Of a DNA stretch of 64,000 bases, positions 13,932-25,109 are shown piece after piece; within the stretch, counting starts at the first letter, position 1, and every line of letters starts with the position of its first letter. Under the pieces are notes generated by a model that had not been told where the DNA came from, did no database searches, and was given only the letters and a program-made list of their open reading frames with translations. This DNA comes from Ginglymostoma cirratum. Lineage: Eukaryota. The DNA lies in NCBI GenBank assembly GCA_024137785.1, contig JAHRHZ010000263.1, positions 13,408,438-13,472,437 on the forward strand. Direction: 5' to 3'. Both the position numbers and the translations under genes were made by a program.

Positions 13932-14402
13932 TAAAAAATGGTCCATTTCAAGATGGTGGCAGTGGAGTAGGCAGTGTCCAGGTACCTGTGTCCAGGCCTG
14001 TCCTACTTGTCTGCTTTTCCTTTTCTTTTCATTCTTCCCCTTCATCTTCTTAGTTTTTTCTTTTAGTTTTCGCTTATACTTAACTTCTAAAGAGAGCTTC
14101 TTCGGTAGGAAGGTGGCTTTGATGTGTTCTGGAGCGTTGGCATTTCCAGAGGCAGTGTGGCTACAGAGACGGCTGGGCTGTGAAGCCCACAGCAGTGCTT
14201 TAGCTTCGATGTTGTGTAGGCTAATGAAACTCAGAGTGAGAATCTGGTCGCCGAGGAGGAGAAGTTGGACTCTCTTTAAGTTATCTTGCCCTACTTTTTA
14301 TCTTATTTTAAGTTAATGAGAATGATGCTGAAACATGGTGATGGTATAAACTTTTCACTGTATTTTATATTGAATATATGTGTCCATAAATGATTCAATT
14401 CA
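13932..14402 (+). mobile_element. Non-autonomous retroelement with aagatggtggc head and Rex/Babar-like 3' end
   Basis: Interrupts the CR1 with tatta on both sides; ends cttttcactgtat...ataaatgattcaattca; related copy at 31515-31940. Confidence 0.6.
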
Positions 14403-14579
14403 TATTACCTGCTTGAACTTGGGCACTAGTTTTTAAGGGTCCACGCATAAGGACTCCCAAAACCCTCTGTTTTGTGATAGAGATAATAGGAACCGCAGAT
14501 GCTGGAGAATCCGAGATAACAAGGTGTAGAGCTGGATGAACACAGCAGGCCAAGCAGCATCAGAGGAGCAGGAACTCTT

Positions 14580-14607
14580 GATGTTTCGGGCCTAGACCCT
14601 TCATCAG
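14580..14607 (-). ncRNA. Minimal type I hammerhead ribozyme-like motif
   Basis: Reverse complement reads CTGATGA-A-GGGTCTAGGCCC-GAAAC-ATC: hammerhead core boxes around a stem II hairpin. Confidence 0.7.
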
Positions 14608-14904
14608 AAATGGGGGAGGGGAAGAGGGTTCTGAAATTAATAGGGAGAGAGTGGGGTGCGGATAGAAGATGGATAGAGGAGAAGATAGGTGGAGAGGAGA
14701 CAGACAAGTCAAAGAGGCGGGGAATGGAGCCAGTAAAGGTGAGTGTAGGTGGGGGGGTAGGGAGGAGATAGGTCAGTCCAGGGAGGACGGACAGGTCAAG
14801 GGGGCAGGATGAGGTTAGTAGGTCGGAGATAGGGGTGTGGCTTGAGGTGGGAGGAGGGGATAGGCGAGAGGAAGTACAGGTTAGGGAGGTGGGGACAAGC
14901 TGGG

Positions 14905-15557
14905 CTAGCTTTGGGATGTGGTAGGGGGAGGGGAGATTTTGAAGCTTGTGAAATCCACATTGATACCATTGGGCTGCAGGGTTCCCAAGCTGAATATGAG
15001 TTGCTGTTCCTGCAACCTTTGGTTGGCATCGTTGTGGCACTGCAGGAGGCCCAGGATGGACATGTCATCTGAGGAGTGGGAGGGAGAGTTGAAATGGTTC
15101 ACGACTGGGAGGTGCAGTTGTTTATTGCGAACCGAGCGCAGGTGTTCTGCAAAGCGATCCCCAAGCCTCCGCTTGGTTTCCCTGATGTAGAGGAGGCCAC
15201 AACGGGTACAGTGGATGCAGTATACCACATTAGCAGATGTGCAGGTGAACATTTGCTTGATGTGGAAAGTCTTCTTGGGGCCTGTGATGGGGGTGAGGGA
15301 GGAGGTGTGGGGGCAGGTGTAGCACTTCCTGCGGTTGCAGGGAAATGTGCCAGGCGTGATGGGCTGGAGGGGAGTGTGGAGCGGACAAAGGAGTCACAGA
15401 GAGAGTGGTCCCTCCGGAAAGCAGACAAGGGTGGAGAGGGAAAGATGTCTTTGGTGGTGGGGTCTGATTGCAGATGGTGGAAGTGTCGGAGGATGATGCG
15501 TGGGATCCGGAGGTTGGTGGGGTGGTACGTGAGGATGAGGGGGATTCTTTTTTGGTT
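14905..15557 (-). pseudogene. Penelope-like ORF C-terminus: linker plus GIY-YIG endonuclease (frameshifted, 5'-truncated, no RT core)
   Basis: RIPLILTYHP...AFRRDHSL (ORF 15099..15584), then FTCTSANVVYCIHC..CGLLYIRETKRRLGDRFAEH...HFN...LGTLQPNGIN (ORF 14905..15252). Confidence 0.9.
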
Positions 15558-15985
15558 GTCCCATTCCTCAGATGACATGTCCATCCTGGGCCTCCTGCAG
15601 TGTCACAATGATGCCACCCGAAGGCTGCAGGAACAGCAACTCATATTCAGCCTGGGAACCCTGCAGCCCAATGGTATCAATGTGAATTTCACAAGCTTCA
15701 AAATCTCCCTAACCTGTTCTTCCTCTCACCTGTCCCCTCCTCCCACCTCAAGCCACACCCTCATCTCCTACCTACTAACCTCATCCCGCCCCCTTGACCT
15801 GTCTATCCTTCTTGGACTGACCTATCTCCTCCCTACCTCCCCACCTACACTCACCTTTACTGGCTCCATTCCCCGCCTCTTTGACTTGTCTGTCTCCTCT
15901 CCACCTATCTTCTCCTCTATCCACCTTCTATCTGCCTCCCCCTCTCTCCCTATTTATTTCAGAACCCTCTTCCCCTCCCCCATTT

Positions 15986-16013
15986 CTGATGAAGGGTCTA
16001 GGCCCGAAACATC
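15986..16013 (+). ncRNA. Minimal type I hammerhead ribozyme-like motif
   Basis: CTGATGA-A-GGGTCTAGGCCC-GAAAC-ATC. Confidence 0.7.
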
Positions 16014-16819
16014 AAGATTTCCTGCTCGTATGATGCTGCTTGGCCTGCTGTGTTCATCCAGCTCTACACCTTGTTATCTCTCTGTTCTGTAGCTTTTTGC
16101 AGTTTTTCTCCATTTTAATAAGATTCAGCTACTCCATTCTCCCTGCCATAGTGCACAATCCCACAATTCCCCACATTATGTTCCATCTGCTAAATTTTCT
16201 GCCCATTTGTTCAACCTACCTGTATACCTCTACACACTCTTTTTGCCAACCTCATCACTTGGCTTTCTGCCGATTTTCATATCATCTATAAAATTGGCAA
16301 TAGTACATTCCTCATCCAAGTTATATATTGTGAGCAATTGTGGCCCCAGCACTGAACCCTGTGGTAATCCACCAATTATTGCTGCCATCCCGAAAATGGT
16401 GCCTTATTCTATCTAGCCAATCGTCTATCTACACCAATATATACATCCAACACTATGAGCTCTTATCTTACAAAGTAGCTGAATGTGTGATCTCTGATTA
16501 AATGCCTGCTGAAAATCCAAATATATTATATCCATTGCTTCCCCTCTATCTATCTAGTTTATTACCTCCACAAAGAATTCTAGAAAATTGTCAAGCATGA
16601 TTTCTGTTTAAAAACTGAAAGAAATGCGGATTTCTTTTTATCTGCTCATCATGCATCTGTCTAGGTAGTGGAGGAGGGCTTCATCCCCAACTTTAAGCTG
16701 GCATTATCCATTGATCACACTGAAGGATTATAAAATGCTAATTAAGTGCCAGAGACCTGGTTGTGATTCAATGGTAATTAATGGAGCTTTAGCCTCATCC
16801 TGGCTAATGTTAACTAACT

Positions 16820-17146
16820 GGGGTGGCACTTGGTCTCAGTGGTTAACACTGCTGCCTCACAGTGCCTGGGACCCTGGTTCGATTCCACCCTTGGGTGGCA
16901 GTCCGTGTGGAGTTTTCACATTCTCCCAGTGTCTGGGTGCTCTGGTTTCCTACCACAGTCCAAAGATGTGCAGGTAAGGAGGATTTGTCATGCTAAATTG
17001 CCCATAGTGTCCAGGGATGAGCTGGCTATGTGAATTAGCCATGGGAAATGCACAGTTGCAGGGATGGGTAAGGGTGGGACTCTCCTCAAAGGGTCAGTAT
17101 GGATTCGATGGGCCAAATGACCTGCTTCCATTCTGTAGGGATTCTA
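16820..17146 (+). mobile_element. HE1-type tRNA-derived V-SINE
   Basis: A box (tggtctcagtgg), B box (ggttcgattcc), V-domain-like core, CR1-type tail ending gtagggattcta. Confidence 0.9.
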
Positions 17147-18164
17147 GTAACTCAGCACAGACAGGGAGACAAAGTCAAAACCTTCTGGTTTATGTTGCTT
17201 AACTACATGCTGATTTTACTAATTAAGTCTTTGAAAATTAAGTCTTATCATTGGATCTGATTCCCTGTGGTAACTAAGTTACAGTCACAGGATGACACTG
17301 CCTTGAGATAGGCACCCTAAATTGAGCAGAAGGTCATAATGCTGACACTGAGATCACAACAATCCAAGAATTTTCTTCTAAATTACGTTCTTCCTCCATG
17401 TAGGGGTCTTCAGAATTGATAAAATCAGCAAAGAAAATAAAGGAATAAATGATTGAATTGATGAAACTTATTACTTCTGGCTCAAGCCCATTCTAAGGGG
17501 CAAGCTAATAAAGGAACAGAGTAGTGCAATACTGAATGTGAGTTTTAACCAGGGTTCAGTTATACTCAGAATGTACTCCAGCTATCTTACATGCCTCATT
17601 AAAAACACATTGTGTGATGTTATTGGGCAAAAATGACTAAAAATATCTTCAAGTAAAATGATATTAACAAAAAGTTGATCTGGCAAGGATGATCTCAGAA
17701 TCACGCTTGTAGTGAAATATGTTGCCAGAAGAGGAATCGTTAGATTTGAGTGAATACTTTTGAAGGAAAATGATAAGTTTTCATAGAATCATAGAATCCA
17801 CAGGAATTTCCTTAGGAAATGGTTTCTTATCTATCAGAAACTATTAGATAATTACTAAAGCTTACCTAGATTCATTGTGAAGGCACTCTAGCACTTCAAT
17901 GACAAAAAATAAAATAAAATTGAGTTTATGTCAATTATAATGTGATAAACTTACCTTTATGGATATTTTTAATTGTCCTGTTCAGACATGACACACCTCT
18001 GGGCCACCGGCAGTGGAAACAGCACCTATAGTAGGCTGCAAGTTGTATTTATAGGTTTTTCAAGTCAACTTTTTCAGGATGTTATTATGCTGTTCTGGAG
18101 CAGGTGGAACTTTAGCCCAGATCTCCTGGCTTCAAGGTGGGGAGACTACTGTTGCCCAGAAGTC

Positions 18165-20338
18165 AAAGATTTTAATTGGAATTTTAATGGTACGAGACAA
18201 GAACTTTCAAAATTTGATTGGAATAGACTGTTCACTGGTAAAAGGAAGTCTGACAAGTGGGATGCATTCAAGAGTGTGATGACAAGAGTTCAGAGGCATT
18301 ATGTTCCTGTTAGAGTGAAGAGTAAGGCTGATACGATTAAGGAACAATGGATGAATGAAGATATTGAAGTTCTAGTCAAGAATAAACGAGAATCTTATTT
18401 TAGATATAGACAACTTGGTTCAGTTGAATCTCTTTAATCAATATAAAGAGTATAGGGCATTCTTAACAAAGAAATCAGGAAGGCAAAGAGGGGATATAAG
18501 ATAGTATTGGCCAATAAGGTTAAGGACAATCCAAGAGATTTAACAAGTACATTAAGACCAAAAGGGTAACTACAGAGAAGATAGGGCCTCTTAAAGATCA
18601 AGGAGGTCACCTTTGTGTTGTTCCCCAGGAGATGGGAGAGATACTAAATGAGTACTTCACATCAGTTTTTACTGTGGAGAAACAAATGGAGCCTAGAGAA
18701 TGCAAAGAAATAAATTTTGATGCTTTAAAAACAGTTCACATTACAGAAGAGTAAGTTCAAGAGGTCTTAGAGAACATAAAGGTGTATAAATCGAAGGGAC
18801 CTGGTCTAATGTATCCCAGAACATTGTGAGAAGTAAGGAAGGAAATTGTGACACTGTTTACAGAAATATTTGCACCATCTATAACTACAGGTGAGGTGCC
18901 TGATGACTGGAGGGTGGCTAATTTTGTACCCTTGTTTAAGAAAGGATGTAAGTAGAAACCGGGGAACAATAGACCTGTGAGTCTGACTTCTGTTGTGAGT
19001 GAATTGTTAGAGGTGATGATAAAAGATAGGATTTATGGACTTTTAGAGAGGCAAGAATTGATTAGTGATAGTCATCATGGTTTTGTGTGAGGAAAGTTGC
19101 ATCTCACAAGCTTGATTGAGTGTTTTGAGGAAGTTAACAAAAAGATTGATGGTGGCAGTGCAGTAGACGTTTTTTTTTGGATTTTAATAAAGCCTGTGAC
19201 AAAGTTCTGCATGACAGGCTAATTAGTAAAGTTAGGTCACATGCGATTCAGGGTGAGTTTACCAATTGGATACATCAATAACCAAACAGCAGGAGACAGA
19301 GAGTGATGGTGGAGGGTTGCTTTCTGGACTGAAGGCCTGTCACCAGTGGTGTTCCACAGGGATCAGCTCAAGGTCCTGTTTTGTCTGCAACTTATATAAA
19401 TTGGATGAGAATATCGAGGGCATGGTTAGTTAATTTGCAGATGACACCAAAATTGGTGTCATAGTAGACAGTGAAGAAGGTTTTCCAAGATTGCAAAGGG
19501 ATCTTGATCAAATGGGTCAATGGGCTGAAAAATGGCATATGGAGTTCAAGCTGGATAAATGTGAGGTATTGCATTTTGGTGCAACAAACAAGGGTAGGGC
19601 TTATATAATTAATGGTAGGGCCTTGGGTAGTATTGTAGAACAGATGGACCTAGGGGTACAGGTACATAATTCTTTAAAGTTTGCGTCACACAAAGACAGG
19701 ATGGTTAAAAAGGTGATTGGCATACTTGCCTTCATTGCACAGTCTTTTGAGTACAGAAATTGTGATGTTATGTTGAGGTTGTACAGGATATTGGCAAGGC
19801 CTCTTCTGGGAAACTGTGTCCAGTTCTGGTCGCCCAGTTATAGGAAGGATATTATTAAGCTGGAGAGGGTTCAGAGGAGATTTACCAGGATTTTGCAAGA
19901 TATGGAAAGTTTAAGTTATACACAAAGGCTGGAGAGGCTGGGACTTTCCTCATTAGAGCGTAGGAAATTGAGAGCTTTATAAGTTTATAAAATAATGAGC
20001 GATGTAGATAGAGATAATGGTAGTTGTCTTTTGCCTAAGATGGTGGATTTCAAGGCGAGGGGGTACATTTTTAAGGTGAGAGAGATTTTTAAAAAAAATG
20101 TGAGGCAATTTTTTTTTACACAGAGGGTGGTTCATGTGTGGAATGAACTTCCTGAGGAAGTGGTAAATGCATCGTACAATTACAATGTTTAAAAGACATG
20201 GATACATGAACAAGAATGGTTTGGAGGGAAACAGGCCAGGACCAACCAGGTGGGACTAGTTTGTATTGAGATTATGTTTGGCATGGACTGGTTGGACCAA
20301 AGGGTCTGTTTCCATGCTGTCGTACTCCATGACTCTAT
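18165..20338 (+). mobile_element. CR1 (HER1-type) LINE, 5'-truncated, decayed RT
   Basis: ORF 17973..18437 (DWNRLFTGK..WDAFKS), RT motifs GVPQGS and FADD near 19350-19445, ORF 19491..19982, tail ...actccatgactcta. Confidence 0.95.
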
Positions 20339-20824
20339 AAGAGGCTCCAAATTGCACTTGTCTTATGTGGCTCTGATTTTCCAAAGTACTTTAGACACTA
20401 AATAGCTCCTGATGTGGTCAACTGGAGTCATAGCTGAATCATTTGTTTATGCCATGTGTTGTGCAAAACACATTCTTGTTAAATAATTTAAACATACACT
20501 GGTCATAACAATTCAGAGCCTGACTAATGAGCTGATTGACAACTAAATTACCCATGCATGTTCCTAAAGTAAACAGTGGTTTGGTGGCAAGTATTTGTGA
20601 TAATACTTTTCCTAACAGAGACCAGCTGATTTGGAGTAAATAAGCCCTTGAAGGTTTTGAGTGCTACGTAAAAATGCATCACATTTGACAGTTCATCTGC
20701 TCTTGCAACTTTGGAAAGGACATTTGAGACTCGACTGGAGATTTCCTCAGACACGTTGTCAAGACATCACCAATGGCATCTCTCAACATTAATTCTGGAC
20801 AATTTCTGCAGAATCTAACAACAA

Positions 20825-22270
20825 AAGAACTTACATTTACATGGTGTCTTTAACATAATAGAGCTAAATAAGACACTAGTCCAAGTAAGGGGAAGCAAAC
20901 CATTTGACCAATAGCTTGATCAAAGATCACTTAGATGTGTTTAAGTGAGGTAATAAAACAAAGTATGGGGAGGGAATTCCAGAGCTTGAGGCCTAGGTAT
21001 CTGAAGGCAGGGCCCAGGTTGATGCAGTGATTAAAATAACGCAAGCTTTAGAGGCTGGTATTAGAAAATTACAGATATCTTGGGGAATGTAGTTTGTATG
21101 AAACACACGGGAAACAAATTGTTTGGCTATGACTCCACTTTGGGGCAGGAAAAGGTAAACAAGGGATAGGGATGGCTGAGGCTGAGGCTTTTGAAAACAA
21201 AAATGACAGTTTTTAAATGAAGATGTTGTTTGACTTGGAGCCAATGTAGGTTGGTCGCATCAGGGTGATAGAAAAACAAGACTTAGTGCAAATTAAAAAG
21301 TATGCAAGCGACGCAAGATTTGGGATGTTTTCAATATTCCAAAGACAGATTGTGGGATATGACACAGGAGTGCATTGGAATGGTCAAATCCAGAAAAGAA
21401 CAGTGGAATGGATTGGTTGGTTCCATGTTGAATACTATTTGGATATTTCTTTGGATAACATGTGTGCTCTTCTGTACTAGGAGGACTTCCCTCTACCAGT
21501 GAGTGACTAAGGTCTGACTCCTGTATGGTTCTGCAGAACTCCTTTACTTACATTATAGCATATTCAACACTTGTAGGAAAGTAAATACCACTTTGTACAG
21601 ATTGTTACTTCCCTCTCCTCAGACTCTGCTAATGTTACTATTACATCATCAGAGATAACTTTATCTTATTACTTGGAATGAATGAGGGTTTTGGCAGTGG
21701 AAGATCTGCGACAGGGATAAAGTCAGGTTACTGGAACCTCGTAAGAGTAGGAAGTTTGAGTGATGGCACGAATATGTGACCAGAAGCTCATCTCTGGATC
21801 AAATGAAACTTCGAAATTTGCAAATGTTAGTCTCAGCCAGTTTCCAGGAGAGGAGTGGAGTCTGGATTGAGGACCAAAGCCTTTGTATTTAGTCATCCCA
21901 CTGACTAGCTGGAGGACATTTCTGCTCATCGTGCATTGGACATCAGATTAGCAGTCTGATAATTTAGCAGTAGTGGAGGGGGTGAAGAAGGGTTGGTGAG
22001 ATTGAGCTCAGTGTTACGTGAAAATGAATGTTATGCTATGGATTGATATTACCGAAGGTCTACACTGAAATGAGAAATATGAGGAACTGCATAGTAGATC
22101 CTTGAAGCATACCAGAGGTAATTGCGCGGGATCTGGAAGCGAAGACATTGTGAGTGATTCTTTGGTATAATTAGTTCGAGAAAAATGCAACTTGAAGAGA
22201 GCAGTCCGATGATACCAATGATAGTGGAGAACTTTGAGAGCATTGTTATCCAATCGTCTTGCATGAGGGG
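20825..22270 (-). mobile_element. Decayed L2 LINE fragments (20825-21330 and 21715-22270)
   Basis: L2-like 3' end at 20825; ORF 21723..21929 includes FDPEMSFWSHIRAIT, typical of L2 RT C-terminal regions. Confidence 0.6.
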
Positions 22271-22779
22271 CCAATGTTCATTTTTTTTCTCAAGAGGTTG
22301 AGGAACAATTCTTTCATTAATGAAGTTAGGTTTAGTATTATAAATGAATTTCAAAATTTAAAGCCATATATTGCTAACTTTAAAACAATACATAATGACC
22401 ATTAAAAAGTTCCAATTGACAGGACTAACTAATAATATGTTCTTTGCTTTTTGGCATTACAAGCAGGTCTAGAGAGAGAGAAAGAGCTGGAGTGAGACAG
22501 ACCAAACTTCAAATCCTGACCATTGATAATGGTTGGGTTCTAGAGCTGAGCTGACTTTGGATTTAACTAACATGGACCTTGCTTTCACTTCTGATAGTAT
22601 ACAGACCAAGATGGCCTCACGGAATTCATGAGAAATTTATGTTGGAAGCAGATTGTTTTTCAGCCTGAGTTACCATCCTCGTCCAGCCTGCTTCGTGAAT
22701 AGATTTTTGAAAAGGGAAGTCGAGGCGTGAGGTAAGGTTGCGTGTGTCTGGTTCACTCTCCATCTCAGGGTCACACATG

Positions 22780-23050
22780 CTCTCTCTCTCTCTCTGACAC
22801 TCCTTCCCTCCTCCTTTAGACTCAATCCCTACTTTTCTTAAATTCACTCCCTCACAGACTTCCTTCCTCCCTCACAGATAGTCCATCCTTCACAGGCCCC
22901 CTCCCTCACAGACTCTCTGACATCCAGGCTTCCTTCCTCACTCCGAGACACCATACCTACAACACAGACTCAGTCCTTCCCTCTGTCCCAGGTTCACTCT
23001 CTATCACAAACATACTCACACTCAGGCAGACTCCCTCACTCTCTCATACG
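22780..23050. repeat. CT/CA-rich low-complexity region with degenerate ccctcacagact units
   Basis: (CT)n run plus recurring ccctcacaga motifs. Confidence 0.6.
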
Positions 23051-23059
23051 AGAAATGAT

Positions 23060-24380
23060 AATAGTCCAGCATATCTGTCGACCCTGAAAAGACCTTCTGA
23101 ATCCCATCTTGGACCTAGTATGAATATTAGGAGAGCTATTCCACAGGTAAGCCAAGTTACAGTCTAACATGGTGATACTAACCAAACTCACTTTATGGCA
23201 GTGTCCCAGCCATAGCCATCACAATCCTGTTCCACAGAGGGGGTTTTTCAGTGGTATACAGTCAGGAAGGAGTGGCCCTTGGAACCCTCAACATTGATTC
23301 TTGAGCTATGAAATCTAATGGTATGAGATACAAGCAGGGAGGACCTCCTGCTGATTACCGTCAACCACACTGTGTCAATTGATGAATCAGTATCCTCCTT
23401 TGATGGAGAATTAGAGAAAACACCAAAAGTGGCCAGGTCACTTTTATTTTGTTCATCCATGGGATGTGAGTGTTGCTGGATCTGCCAGCATTTATTGAAC
23501 TTCTGATCAGCTTCTCAATGACTATCCTTAAGGCTGGCTCAGTATCACTATTGGTAATATTGAGGAATTAAGAAGGTCATCCCTGTCAGACAAAGCCTAT
23601 AACTGGTGGTGAGAGAACCTACAAGAGGGAAAAATCCACTTGACTTAGTCAAGCCTAGGGGCAGCACAGTAACTCAGTGGTTTGCACTGTTGCCTCACAG
23701 AGCCAGGTTTGATTCCAGCCTCGGGTGACTCTGAGTGGAGTTTACATGTTCTCCCCATGTCTGCGTGGGTTTCCTCCAAGTGCTCTGGTTTCCTCCCCAC
23801 AGTCCAAAGAGGTACAGTTTAGGTTAATTGGTCATGCAAATTTGCCCATGGTGTCCAGGGTTGGGCAGGCTCAGTGGGTTAGCTATGGTAAACACAGGTT
23901 TACATGGATAGAAGTGGGCTGCCGTTCAGAGGGACAGTGCAGACTTGATGGGCCAAATGGCCTCTATCTATACTGTAGGGATTCTATGATTCTAGTTGTC
24001 AACAACCTCCCAATCACTGATCAATCTATTGAAGACAGCATTAGTTGGAATGACCATTGCCCTGTCCTTCTGGAGATTGAGTCTCACCTTCACATCTCAC
24101 CTTCACCACAACATTGTGTTGTGTAGCACTAAAAATGTACTAAGTGGAATAGATAATGAACAGACTTACTCTCACAAAGCTGGACAGTCATGAGGAGCTG
24201 TGGACCACCAACAGGGGCAGAATTACATTTAACTATGATGTGTAACCTTCCATTACTATATTTCTTGCACAATCATTACCATTAAAAGGGGACTAAACTT
24301 AATTCATGAAAAGTGCAGTAGAGCATGCTAAGAACAGCATCAGGCATAACTTAAAACAAGGTATCCACCTGGAGTCCAGC
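23060..24380 (+). mobile_element. CR1-like LINE family B, endonuclease region, decayed and interrupted by HE1
   Basis: Homologous in reverse to 49000-49900; endonuclease-like PTRGKNPLDLV and SWNDHCPVL segments. Confidence 0.65.
23658..23994 (+). mobile_element. HE1-type SINE
   Basis: Same head, core and tail as 51705-52028. Confidence 0.9.
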
Positions 24381-24631
24381 AGAGCTTAGGAGAAGGCATT
24401 GTAGGTGAGAACAATCACTGGGGCTTCTGCCATTTGGACCCATACTCAGGCAGCACCATTCCTGCAGTGAAACCTCAATATAATCACTGTATGTTGCTCC
24501 AGACAAAGGTTCAATGTTCAAGATCCTATTGTCCTGGAGTAAGAGCCTGATTCTGTTTGACCATTTGTTTTCACAGCCAAGGTGTATTCTGGGTAATGTA
24601 ATCTATATCTGTACTTGGTTGGAATTAGAGA

Positions 24632-24816
24632 AACAAGCAAAAGAATTGCGGATGCTGGAAATATGAAACAGAAGCAGAAGTTGCTGGAAAATCTCAGCAG
24701 GTCTGGCAGCATCTGTGGACAGAAATGAGAGTTCACTGCACCTGAAATGTTAACTCTGATTTTCTCCACAGACACAACCAGACATGCTGAAATTTTCCAG
24801 CAATTTCTATTTTTGT
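24632..24816. mobile_element. Penelope-derived hairpin element (family C)
   Basis: Inverted arms (gttgctggaaaatctcagcaggtctgg / ccagacatgctgaaattttccagcaat); TSD ttggaattagaga (24619-24631) / ttggcattagaga (24817-24829). Confidence 0.8.
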
Positions 24817-25109
24817 TTGGCATTAGAGAGCTTTTTATTGCCCTGATTGGCTGACATTTCAGTTTGCTGATTGGTTATTTGTCCCAAATGCTCCGACTGG
24901 CTCTTCAGAGAATCTGGCTCCCTGTCAAATACAGTTCCCTCTTTAGAATTTGTTTGATTAAAAATAAACCATATTTTTCTGAACTGCATTTAAATCTCTC
25001 CATGAAAAAGAAATTTCAACTTCTGTGATTTGAACATGAATTATTGCAAAATAATTTTTTCGGCACAATCTGCCAATTAAGCAGGAAGAGAAAATAGCAA
25101 AAACTGTAT

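Larger units (their letters stand above)
14479..16080. mobile_element. Penelope-like element (Neptune-type) 3' portion with inverted partial pseudo-LTR
   Basis: Minus arm 14479-15557 encodes a GIY-YIG endonuclease; 15559-16080 is an inverted copy of about 14513-15080; flanks ctctgttttgtg / ctctgttctgta form a candidate TSD. Confidence 0.93.
13270..16605 (-). mobile_element. CR1 LINE RT C-terminal half, split by two insertions (13932-14402 and 14479-16080)
   Basis: ORF 13533..14045 has KANGKLTFISKGI...ARPQLEYC...YSLEFRR; RT sequence resumes at 14403-14476 and 16081-16605. Confidence 0.85.

Noticed and set aside
15076-16092. 338-aa ORF, the longest in the window, as a novel gene
   Set aside because: It reads antisense through the Penelope arm and across the inversion junction into the inverted copy, so it is a by-product of the repeat structure.
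17866-18026. Two small minus-strand exons with gtaag donors
   Set aside because: The implied intron is only about 61 nt and the peptide is unrecognisable.
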